From Spirochaetae bacterium HGW-Spirochaetae-5 (lineage in GTDB: Bacteria; Spirochaetota; UBA4802; UBA5550), in contig PGXT01000001.1 in the NCBI GenBank assembly GCA_002839285.1, forward strand, positions 80,112 to 144,111: 64,000 bases of DNA. Reading direction: 5' to 3'. Both the position numbers and the translations under genes were made by a program. Within the stretch, counting starts at the first letter, position 1. Each line of letters starts with the position of its first letter. The notes beneath the pieces were generated by a model. It worked only from the letters and a program-made list of their open reading frames with translations. It had not been told where the DNA came from and did not search any database. Of the stretch, positions 38,352 to 47,657 are shown in pieces.

Positions 38352-40364
38352 ATGTATCACACAGATCCATTAACATTCAATTCAGTTTTAAAAGATATAC
38401 CTGCAAGAAAACTCCCAGAGAGTATTCTTCAAAACGGTGAAAATATAATTTTTGATAATGGCGTCATCCGGACAAGATATGGAGTTTCAGATTTCGGAAG
38501 TGAATCACTGAATGATAATATAACAGGAATCAGTCTTTATAAAAAACTCCGTAAAACAGACCGGTTTATTGTAGCCTTTACAAACAGAGATATATATGTC
38601 TATAATCCATCTAAAGGGATTTTTAATCTCAAAACAAGAAATTATAATACCGGTAGAGTCACAACATCAGGATCAGGAAACAAAACTGTAACTTTAACCG
38701 GCGGGACATGGCAAGGTTCGTGGAATCAGTTTAACCTTTATCAGATCTCTTTTGATTCAGCTACTATGGAGAACTGTATCAACTGGTATACTGTAGAATC
38801 AATTACAGATACTGAGCATATTAAACTTGTAGAAGAAGCTCCGGTAATTACATCTTCTGCATATTGTCTTAGATTGTGTTACGCCGGAGACAGTGACGAT
38901 TCCTGGCATACATGCTATCCCTATTCAAATAATTCACAGGATAGAATTATACTCGCCACAAACGGGATAGATATCATTCAGCAGTGGGATTCAACGGGAT
39001 ACTTCAAAGATTTTACTGCATATCCTCATAGAGCCAAGTTTGTCGGCTTCTTTGGTTCGGTCGGTTGGGAGCATGTTGTATTTGCAAATTATTTTGACAC
39101 TGGTTCACAAACATCATTTGAACAGACAATGCAGTGGCTTGATGCTGGCGGTGATCTGGCCTGGTCAGGTAATTATGCGGAGTTGCTAGACAGCACAGAT
39201 CCAATAACAGGGATTGTTCCTTTAGCTGGTAGACTAATGATATATAAATCCGGTTCAATATCAATTGCTGACATTAATCCAGTAGGCGGTAATGCTGCGG
39301 CATATTTCATACAACAGAATATCGTTGAGTTTGGAACTCCCGCGATCAGGACAGTGTGTAATATAGGTACATACCATATTATTTTTACCGGTAATGATAT
39401 CCGGAAATTTGATGGACATAATTTTGATATTATCTCTGAAGGTAACACACAGTTCATAGTAAATAACTTAAACAAGGAATACCAGCACAGAGCCTTTGCA
39501 TTTATACTCCCGGAGCAGTCTTTATACTGCCTGTTCCTCCCATTTAAACCTTCAAAATACTGCAATATATGTCTGGTTTATAATTACAAAACCGGTTCCT
39601 GGTCATACTGGACAATGAAAGATCTAAACGGGAATACCCTTTATCCCATGTCAAAGGGTAAATATTCAAGGACATACGCACCGACATGGCAGAGTCTGAT
39701 ACTTTCACCAACCGGAAATTTAATTATAAATAGTAATCAGATTCAATCTGTATATCCGATTTCAGGAATTGAAATCGGCATGAAGGTTACCGGTGATAAC
39801 ATACCTGAAGAATCATACATAACTAATATTACCGGTTCAGTTATAAGCCTGAATAATAACTCAACAGCTACGGTAAACGGAGTTAATCTGAAAATCGGAT
39901 GGACTGCTGCACAGATGGAACAGCGTTGGACAGACCTTATTGTTGATGAAAGATACACAAGAATACTTTTAGGTGATGCAAATGGGAATCTTTACAACTA
40001 TTCAATTGATTTTAACAATGATAATAATAACAGCATAGATTCCGGTTTCACTACAAAGGATTATGATTTAAACAGAGCTGGCTTTGACTTCCGATTGCTT
40101 GAATGTACTCTGGCCTTACAGCTTAAAGACGGCTTTACCCCTGCTGTATTAGATATCCGCGCGAGTATCGACTTTGGAAGGAACTGGACATCATGGAATA
40201 CAGTACCCCTCGATGGGAATCAATCATACATGGAAAAGAAAGTTAATTTCAACATCGTAGGTAAGCAGGCAAGATTTGAAATCAGAATGAGCAATCCGCT
40301 TGTTTTTGAATCTATGACTATCGGTTTTAACGCACAATATAAATCAATGAAATTTGATAATTAA
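38352..40364 (+). CDS. tail nozzle / DNA-stabilisation protein (P22 gp10, tubular B-like)
   Basis: N-terminal EN..F.NG.IRTRYG, beta-rich, C-terminal S.DFGRNW..GKQARFEI. Confidence 0.7.
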   Translation: MYHTDPLTFNSVLKDIPARKLPESILQNGENIIFDNGVIRTRYGVSDFGSESLNDNITGISLYKKLRKTDRFIVAFTNRDIYVYNPSKGIFNLKTRNYNTGRVTTSGSGNKTVTLTGGTWQGSWNQFNLYQISFDSATMENCINWYTVESITDTEHIKLVEEAPVITSSAYCLRLCYAGDSDDSWHTCYPYSNNSQDRIILATNGIDIIQQWDSTGYFKDFTAYPHRAKFVGFFGSVGWEHVVFANYFDTGSQTSFEQTMQWLDAGGDLAWSGNYAELLDSTDPITGIVPLAGRLMIYKSGSISIADINPVGGNAAAYFIQQNIVEFGTPAIRTVCNIGTYHIIFTGNDIRKFDGHNFDIISEGNTQFIVNNLNKEYQHRAFAFILPEQSLYCLFLPFKPSKYCNICLVYNYKTGSWSYWTMKDLNGNTLYPMSKGKYSRTYAPTWQSLILSPTGNLIINSNQIQSVYPISGIEIGMKVTGDNIPEESYITNITGSVISLNNNSTATVNGVNLKIGWTAAQMEQRWTDLIVDERYTRILLGDANGNLYNYSIDFNNDNNNSIDSGFTTKDYDLNRAGFDFRLLECTLALQLKDGFTPAVLDIRASIDFGRNWTSWNTVPLDGNQSYMEKKVNFNIVGKQARFEIRMSNPLVFESMTIGFNAQYKSMKFDN

Positions 40365-40376
40365 CGAGGTGATAAT

Positions 40377-40934
40377 ATGAGTTTTAGTGACATGATTTTC
40401 GGTGGTACAAAGCAGGCTTCAACATTAACACCTGCACAGAAATCACTCCTCAGCCAGCTTGGAGGGCTTCAGCAGCAATACAATCCCGGTACATTCGCCG
40501 CATTAAGCAGTATCGGACGCAATCCTTCAAGTTCTTATGAGTATAACGCAGACAATGGCGCAGCAGCATTCAATTCAGGTGTTGTTAATCCTGCACTACA
40601 AAAGTTGAATGAACAGCTTGGGAACAGTCAGCACAGTTCTATGCTTCATTCTTCGGCGAACAGACAAGCGCAGGATAAGTTAAAGTCTGATACGCTGAAC
40701 AACATAAACAATCTGCAATATCAGAATGTATTAAATCAGCAGCAGTTAAAGCAGCAGGGACAGGATAACGCATATAGCCGTCAGCTAAACGCTCTCGCTT
40801 CACTCATGGGGGGTAATCAGTCTGTACTCGGAACCCAGGGAACAGCTTTACAGAAAACCGGCGGACTTCTTGATTTCCTCTCCGCGGGCGGTACTGCAGC
40901 AATGGGAATCGGATCTTTAATGGCCGGGATGTAA
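40377..40934 (+). CDS. DNA ejection/internal virion protein
   Basis: Q/G/A-rich with a hydrophobic Gly-rich C-terminus; position after the nozzle gene. Confidence 0.65.
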   Translation: MSFSDMIFGGTKQASTLTPAQKSLLSQLGGLQQQYNPGTFAALSSIGRNPSSSYEYNADNGAAAFNSGVVNPALQKLNEQLGNSQHSSMLHSSANRQAQDKLKSDTLNNINNLQYQNVLNQQQLKQQGQDNAYSRQLNALASLMGGNQSVLGTQGTALQKTGGLLDFLSAGGTAAMGIGSLMAGM

Positions 40935-40943
40935 GAGGTAAAT

Positions 40944-42161
40944 ATGTATATTGATACAATAAATCCGTCTCTACAAAACTTTAACGATTCAATGCGCGGA
41001 CTTCAGCAGATGAAGCAGAATTCCATAGCTCAAAGAATGCAGCAGGCAGCCCTTCTCAGAGACATGGGTTATAACGCAGAAGCGGAGAAGATGATTCATT
41101 CTGCAAAGAATTATGGCTTATCATCATTGTTTGCTGATGATCCGAAAGAATGGGAAGCAAAGGGGATATTTGATGAATATAATCCTCAAGCTAAAGAACT
41201 GATCAAAAACCCTGAACTGACTGCTCAACAACAGATCCTTAAAGAGCTGCAGGCTTTATATGGTGATGATAAGCAGGGGCAAAAAGATTACAACAAAAAT
41301 GTTCAGCTCCTGGGAGCTGAGATGTCCAACAGAAAGATTCAGGAGACCGGTGCCGGGATGAAGGAGATGCCTGGTATTCTTAAATCAACCCTCACAGGAT
41401 TGAGAGACAATGAAAAAGCAGTTAAGAATTCCGCTTCTATAGAAAAGCAGAATGAGCAGATCAAACAGTCTAATTCATCATTAAAGCCGCTTTATAAAAC
41501 TACATATACTGGAAACGAAGTGGATCAGCAGAGGGATCTGACTAATGATACGATGAAAGTAATTCAAAATGGCGGAGGCCTTGCAGCTTATAATAAATAC
41601 ATAACTACAGGACAGGCCATAGCTGATCATTACGGTCATGATTTTAAAGCACTCCCGCCGGAATATTTCGGTTTAAACAAAAATAAAGGGGGATCCGGCC
41701 GCGGTAAAACTGAAAAGGTTTATCTTTACAACAAGGCAACCGGTAAAGTAATTACCGGAGGAATGGCTACTGAGAATGAATTATCATCATCTGACCCGAC
41801 CACTACCCTTTTTAAAAAGTTCGGTAAGGCAATGGAGAGATCAGGTATCAAGGATCCTTCAGAAATTGAAGTTCAATACGGAACTGGTGAAAATACCGGT
41901 GCAATGAATGACCTGGAAAAAGAGAAACTTAAAGAAACAAAAGCAATGAATGAGGCAATGGCAAAATCTCAAGCTCTGGCTGCCTGGAATGAAGCAGATC
42001 CCGCCGGACTCGACCTTGGTATAGGGAAGAAAACCGAAAGAGCGAAACTTGCAAACTCAGCACTTTCGGCAGATAATCCCTACAGATTTGATGAAAACGG
42101 TGAACTGATTTATAGCGGTGGTTCTTCAAATGTTGCAACCACAAAAAAACCATGGAAGTAA
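40944..42161 (+). CDS. DNA ejection/internal virion protein
   Basis: Helical, low-complexity 405 aa between ejection genes. Confidence 0.6.
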   Translation: MYIDTINPSLQNFNDSMRGLQQMKQNSIAQRMQQAALLRDMGYNAEAEKMIHSAKNYGLSSLFADDPKEWEAKGIFDEYNPQAKELIKNPELTAQQQILKELQALYGDDKQGQKDYNKNVQLLGAEMSNRKIQETGAGMKEMPGILKSTLTGLRDNEKAVKNSASIEKQNEQIKQSNSSLKPLYKTTYTGNEVDQQRDLTNDTMKVIQNGGGLAAYNKYITTGQAIADHYGHDFKALPPEYFGLNKNKGGSGRGKTEKVYLYNKATGKVITGGMATENELSSSDPTTTLFKKFGKAMERSGIKDPSEIEVQYGTGENTGAMNDLEKEKLKETKAMNEAMAKSQALAAWNEADPAGLDLGIGKKTERAKLANSALSADNPYRFDENGELIYSGGSSNVATTKKPWK

Positions 42162-42164
42162 TAT

Positions 42165-45100
42165 ATGAAGTGGGAAGAAGTCATTAAAAATCCTGACTAC
42201 CAGAAACTTTCCTCTGCTGAAAAACTGCAGTGGAGGAAGGAATATTTTGATGATATAGTTAAACCGCAAATCAATGCTGAAGATTATGATTCAACCTGGA
42301 ATGAATTCACATCGGATGCTGACCAGATGGAGAATATTAAGTCTGATTTTAAAAATACTCTGCATGTTGATGTGAATAAAATTATGGGGTATAATGATTC
42401 AGGTCAGAAGAATTGGGATGAAGCTATTGCCAAGTTTGGACCGGTAAAAGAAAGAAAAGGCGCCGGTTTTGTCGATGCAATTCTTAAAGGGAGATACGGT
42501 TCAGCAACGGCAGCTCTTACAAAGGCATATCTTCCCGATACTGATGCAGCAAAGGGCGTTAAACAGGCTGAAGAAGAAGCATGGCAGCCGGCAACAAGAT
42601 CCGAAAAAATCGGTCACAATGTCGGAGCAATTGCTGCAGATCTCCCCTTGTTTGCTATTGGCGGCGTGATCGGCGGCCCGGGGGGAGCCTTCGCGCTACC
42701 TGCCGGACTTAAAAAGATGACAGAAGAAAAAGAGAGACTCGGCGGAAAGATCACACTTGAAAACAGTGTTGAAGCGGGTATCAATGTTTTAGAAGAACTC
42801 CCTAAAGAGTGGATAAAGGGTGAATTGCTTGGACTTGCTGGGAAAACATCCGGCGTTATCGCTGATAAACTTGGCGGTGGAGTAATTGCAAAAACCACAG
42901 GAGAAATCGCAGCTCTTCCGGTTGAAACAGCAGCACTTGTCGGAGCTGAGAGAGTATTAAACGATACTCCCATCACCGCAGATACAATCCTTGAAACTCT
43001 TGGAACAATCGGCATACTTAAACTTTCAGGCTCATTCCCCGGAGCTGTTAAGACTGCTTTCAATACAGCAGTAAAGGAGAGAGGAATACCGGCGGAAAAG
43101 ATTGCTGAAAACCTTAAATCTGAAACAGTCAAAACCATGCAGGATCCTGTTACTGGCAAAGAAGCCATTGAACGGGCTATAGTATTAACGGAAAAACAGA
43201 TTGAAGCAGAAAGAGTTTCAAAAATACAGAATGAAATAATTGATAAACAGATCCGGGCAAACTATAAAGATGGGAAAAGTCCGGAACAGATAATACAGAT
43301 CAACCAGATCCCAAAAGAATACAGAACGTACATTCTGGATCAGACTGAAACCGGAGGATACAAATTTAAACCTGATATCCTCAAAACGATTGATGATATT
43401 GTAAATCTTAAAGATCCATTCATCGCGCAAAAGTATGAAAACATTCTGCCGAATCCAATCAGAGATATGGCAATCCGGGATGGACAGAGACTTGAAAATC
43501 AGTTTAAAGAACTTAACACAGAGCTTATTGATGCTAAACGGAACCTGAAGCAATGGGAAGCACAAAAAGAATCTCTTCATGAACAGTATATCAAAGAGGA
43601 GATAGATAAACTCACAGGTAATTACCGCAGATTCGAAAATCAGGGAGAGATACGCGATAAAATGGATCAGGTAATTGATCATGCTCTATCAGTATTAAAG
43701 CCTGAAGAACAATTCCGTGTAGCAGCTGAACCGACAACACTGATGGATCATATCGATTCTAAAGAATCGGGATTTCATTCACTTAAAAAACCACACCAGG
43801 ATGCGGTACAGAAAGAGATAATTGCAAAAATAATCCAGAAAACCGGCTTTATTCCTCCCCACATTATAGAAACCGCAATGAAGAAAGCTGACAATAAAGT
43901 TAACCGGGATGGAAAGCCATTCAATGACGCTGTATTGTCTTATGAATCAGGCATAAAATCATTACAGAATAACTCTGAATATCAGAATCATTTAAAAAGA
44001 ATTTCAGAATCAAAAAAATCGGATAATCAAATTGAATCAGAAATATTATCAAACCTTCATAAAGTCGAGATATGGACACATGAAGCTAAAAAACAGCACC
44101 AGGTTAATCTTCAGAAAGCTTTAGGTGAATCTTCAGAGTTTGGAGAGCTTAACCGCAGTAATTCAGAATATTTCGGGAAAGATCATTTGAACGATCTTAT
44201 GGAATTTGCAGTTAAAAGCCCGGAGGAACTCTCCGCCATATTTGAAAAAGCAAACTTTCTGGAAAGAGAGTTTAAACAGAAAGGAGCAAGCATTGATCTC
44301 TTTCTCAATAAATCCCGTTTTATAGCCAACAAGCTCGGTGAGAAAGTATTTAAAAATTTTGTTCGCCCATTAAGACAAGCTGAGCATAATTTTGTAGTGG
44401 AGAGTCAGAAGTATAAAGACTGGATTAAAGATAACAGAAAAAAGTTTACTGCCAAAGAACGGGAGGAGATCGGGGCACACCTTATTTCACAAATGGAACA
44501 GGGTAAAACCACACTGAACGAAATGGGGATAAAATCGAAAACTTTTGAAGAACTTTCACCCTCTCAGCAGGGAGCAATTACAGAAATACGCAAAGTTCTT
44601 GATGTAATGTTTGAACGTATTAATGCAGCTCGTACAGAATCTGGCCTTGAACCGCTTTCAAAAGTTGATGATTACTTTACATTCCTTCGTAAATTTTCTC
44701 TTCTTGAAGAGCTTGGATATGATCCATTAAGAATCAGCAAAGAGCAATTTGAATCATCAGAGATATCAGATTTCAAAACAAGAGGACTTGCATTCCAATT
44801 CGGTAAAGAACGAATTCAAAGTACAAGGGCACTTGAAACAGATGCATATTATGTACTGGATAAATACTTAACAACAGCTATCCGTACAACGCATATGACT
44901 CCGATTATCGGAAAACTCCGCAATGCACTGGACATAAACGACAAGATGGCACTGACCAATCCTCATGCACATAAATATCTCCATGATACTCTTGATTATG
45001 TATCAGGAAAAAAACTGACAGATGTTTCAAGCTGGATAAATGCTGTGGCCAACAAAGTTAATCATAATCTCGGGACATTTATTCTGACATATAACTTTCG

Positions 45101-46274
45101 TTCAATCGGTGTTCAGCCCTCTGCAATAGTTAATACTATCGGGCAGCTTGGCCCTCACGCAGTCAGTAAAGGATTGAATGATTTTCTATCTTCAGACAAA
45201 CGTAAATTCGCAATGGAGAAGAGCAAGGTTTTAAAAGCCAGAATGCACGATGTAACTATTGAAGAGATGACAAAGGGTTTTACCGGGAAAATAGGTAAAA
45301 TCAAATCTTCCGCCGCAGAAATTGGAACTCTTCCGCTCCGGTACCTGGATCTTAAAACAGCTCAGATATCCTGGCTATCCGGATTCAGATATGGTAAAGA
45401 GCAGCTGAAACTCAGAGACAAAGAAGCGGTTGTATTTGCTGACGATATAGTTATCAATACACAAGGTTCAGCTTCCAGGATAGATCTTGCACCGGTACAG
45501 CATACACCACTGGGGAAATCGTTAACTCTGTTCAACACATTTGTAATAAACAACATGAACTTTCTTACAAGCGATATTATGGGGATCACAAAAACAAACA
45601 ACCTAATAGCAGAAGGGATCCCGAAGAACCAGACAGGCAAGTACACCGCCGATAACCAGGTTACACGGATCACCGGCAAAGATCAGTATAATGTCTATGA
45701 GAGAAACAGACTCCTTAGTACAAGTGAAGGACTTGAAAAGCTCATGACTCTTACTGCAGCAGGATTCGTCTGTAATTCCATATACGAACTAATGGGTGTT
45801 AAATCCCCTCTCCCTGCCCCATTATCCGCGGCTTATGAAGGATTTACGGGTCAATCCTGGGTTGATGCCCTGCAGGGAAAACAGCCTACAAAGAAGGAAG
45901 AACAGCTTGCAGGAGCCTTGAAAGAATCGATGAGGGAGTTTTTAAGCTTGATCCCGGTAATGGGTGGTTCTTTCAGATATGGTGGCGATTCAGCCTTCGG
46001 AGCAGTCGGTGGACTTGTTGGAGAAACATTTGATACTCTAGCAGAGAAACCTTCGAGCAAGCCCTTGGCATATATTGTGGCAAAATGGGCCGGAGTTCCC
46101 GGAGGTCAGCAGATATACAAGATCCTGAAACAGTTATCCAGGGAACGTAAAGAGGATGAAAAGGCAGCGCGGAGGGCATTAAATCCTGCAGATTATATCC
46201 GTAGGGACATGCAGAAAAGAAATCCCTACTACCAGCAGAAGCAGGAAATGAAAAAACAATTAATGGGTTATTAA
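42165..46274 (+). CDS. large DNA-transfer (ejection) protein
   Basis: N-terminus W.EVI..P.YQ.LS..EK....EYFD.IV.P resembles P22-like DNA-transfer proteins; 1369 aa, helical. Confidence 0.75.
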   Translation: MKWEEVIKNPDYQKLSSAEKLQWRKEYFDDIVKPQINAEDYDSTWNEFTSDADQMENIKSDFKNTLHVDVNKIMGYNDSGQKNWDEAIAKFGPVKERKGAGFVDAILKGRYGSATAALTKAYLPDTDAAKGVKQAEEEAWQPATRSEKIGHNVGAIAADLPLFAIGGVIGGPGGAFALPAGLKKMTEEKERLGGKITLENSVEAGINVLEELPKEWIKGELLGLAGKTSGVIADKLGGGVIAKTTGEIAALPVETAALVGAERVLNDTPITADTILETLGTIGILKLSGSFPGAVKTAFNTAVKERGIPAEKIAENLKSETVKTMQDPVTGKEAIERAIVLTEKQIEAERVSKIQNEIIDKQIRANYKDGKSPEQIIQINQIPKEYRTYILDQTETGGYKFKPDILKTIDDIVNLKDPFIAQKYENILPNPIRDMAIRDGQRLENQFKELNTELIDAKRNLKQWEAQKESLHEQYIKEEIDKLTGNYRRFENQGEIRDKMDQVIDHALSVLKPEEQFRVAAEPTTLMDHIDSKESGFHSLKKPHQDAVQKEIIAKIIQKTGFIPPHIIETAMKKADNKVNRDGKPFNDAVLSYESGIKSLQNNSEYQNHLKRISESKKSDNQIESEILSNLHKVEIWTHEAKKQHQVNLQKALGESSEFGELNRSNSEYFGKDHLNDLMEFAVKSPEELSAIFEKANFLEREFKQKGASIDLFLNKSRFIANKLGEKVFKNFVRPLRQAEHNFVVESQKYKDWIKDNRKKFTAKEREEIGAHLISQMEQGKTTLNEMGIKSKTFEELSPSQQGAITEIRKVLDVMFERINAARTESGLEPLSKVDDYFTFLRKFSLLEELGYDPLRISKEQFESSEISDFKTRGLAFQFGKERIQSTRALETDAYYVLDKYLTTAIRTTHMTPIIGKLRNALDINDKMALTNPHAHKYLHDTLDYVSGKKLTDVSSWINAVANKVNHNLGTFILTYNFRSIGVQPSAIVNTIGQLGPHAVSKGLNDFLSSDKRKFAMEKSKVLKARMHDVTIEEMTKGFTGKIGKIKSSAAEIGTLPLRYLDLKTAQISWLSGFRYGKEQLKLRDKEAVVFADDIVINTQGSASRIDLAPVQHTPLGKSLTLFNTFVINNMNFLTSDIMGITKTNNLIAEGIPKNQTGKYTADNQVTRITGKDQYNVYERNRLLSTSEGLEKLMTLTAAGFVCNSIYELMGVKSPLPAPLSAAYEGFTGQSWVDALQGKQPTKKEEQLAGALKESMREFLSLIPVMGGSFRYGGDSAFGAVGGLVGETFDTLAEKPSSKPLAYIVAKWAGVPGGQQIYKILKQLSRERKEDEKAARRALNPADYIRRDMQKRNPYYQQKQEMKKQLMGY

Positions 46275-46275
46275 G

Positions 46276-47073
46276 ATGGAAATTTCAATTAAGCAGAGTC
46301 TTGCAATCGCAATCCAGGCGAAATTCGATGTTCCTGAATTTCTGATCCTGGACTCATTCCCGGAAGATAAGTGCAGAGAAATTCAGGCATCACCAGATTA
46401 TGAGATAATCGAGAATGTAGCAATACCGGTTTCAGATATGGATATAGAACAGATATTATACTTCAAAGATGGGAAGTTTCATTACCCTAGCCTTTTTATA
46501 AATGACAGATACCTTCTATCCGGCCGCCAGGGAGGAATACTACCTGCAAATCTTGTCACTGCATTTCCCGGACAGATCGTAAAGTCACGCCAGTTACAGG
46601 CCCTTCAGGGCATAATATCTGAATACTCCGGATTCATCACAATATCACAATCAATCATAGATAACAAAATGTATTTCAAGGATCTTAAATTCGGTATACT
46701 CCCTGATTATATCCCCCACCTTGAAGCACTTCATGGCGAAGAATCACCGGACTGGTTCAGTCATAACCTGGAAGATCTTAAACTTAAAGCAGCAAAAGGA
46801 ATGACAGCTTCATGCAGACTATATTCATATCCATATGATGAAGATAATCTAAAAGTCGTAGAACAGTTCCCGGAGATAGACGCTATCCTCATTGAGAGCT
46901 GCTATATGACACTGAAGTATTCACCAAAAGCCCATATCAAGGATTTATGGAAGGAGCTATATAAACCGCTGCAGGATCCCTATTACGCCCATAATGGACT
47001 TGTATTTAATCCTGAAGGCGGAATTAAGGCACGGAAAGTATATTCTATAATCAGAAAATCCCGAATTTTGTGA
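46276..47073 (+). CDS. hypothetical protein, possibly a degenerate PurD-like ATP-grasp fold
   Basis: Order of motif-like segments (FKDGKF.YP..RYLLSG..G; YSGFITI...MYF; ASCRLYSYPY; IKDLWKELY); judged by eye only. Confidence 0.45.
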   Translation: MEISIKQSLAIAIQAKFDVPEFLILDSFPEDKCREIQASPDYEIIENVAIPVSDMDIEQILYFKDGKFHYPSLFINDRYLLSGRQGGILPANLVTAFPGQIVKSRQLQALQGIISEYSGFITISQSIIDNKMYFKDLKFGILPDYIPHLEALHGEESPDWFSHNLEDLKLKAAKGMTASCRLYSYPYDEDNLKVVEQFPEIDAILIESCYMTLKYSPKAHIKDLWKELYKPLQDPYYAHNGLVFNPEGGIKARKVYSIIRKSRIL

Positions 47074-47121
47074 TTTCACTACCGGGTGTACATTATACTT
47101 TAATGATTTTAATAAATCTTA

Positions 47122-47508
47122 TCATTTCATATGATAGTATCTAATTGTTGGCTTTAATGTTCCATATATTAACACGAAGGCTACAATTTTTTTATTGTCT
47201 GTTATGAATTTCCCAATAAACAAATCGCCAAACGATAGATTGTAATCATTAAGTTCATTTTTTATTTGATCTATTATGGCGTTTTCAATATCCTTTTTTG
47301 GCTTAAACGGTTCTATCTTGAGTAATGTCTTCTTGTCGAAAGATTGCTCGAGTATAGCATCAAAAACTGATTCTCCGTAGGTTTGAATAAGTGAGCCAAA
47401 ACTACCAGCATACTGAAGTGTAGAAACTTTTGTTGTCTCAGCATGCAAAATGTGATTTGTCGATCCTGTCAGCAAAATTACAGTTAAAAACAAAGCTATT
47501 CTTTTCAT
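47122..47508 (-). CDS. exported hypothetical protein (128 aa), second cassette-like gene
   Basis: Signal peptide, AAGGAG RBS, starts ~60 bp after the attC R' site; roughly 70% identical by eye to 25915-26301. Confidence 0.8.
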   Translation of the reverse strand: MKRIALFLTVILLTGSTNHILHAETTKVSTLQYAGSFGSLIQTYGESVFDAILEQSFDKKTLLKIEPFKPKKDIENAIIDQIKNELNDYNLSFGDLFIGKFITDNKKIVAFVLIYGTLKPTIRYYHMK

Positions 47509-47560
47509 TATAACATTACACTCCTTTATTGTAATTGCAATAATATTCAATGTAGTATGG

Positions 47561-47657
47561 CCCTAACATCTTGCTTAACGACGTTGCGCGGCCTTTTGCG
47601 CAATGTGGCGAATCCCAAGTGAGGTACTCCGAACGCCGCGGGTAAGCTTTGTTAAAC
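47561..47657 (-). other. integron attC recombination site (97 bp)
   Basis: Minus strand: R'' GTTTAAC, L'' GCTTACCCG, internal hairpins (ACATTGCGC/GCGCAACGT), L' CGTTAAGC, R' GTTAGGG. Confidence 0.75.
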
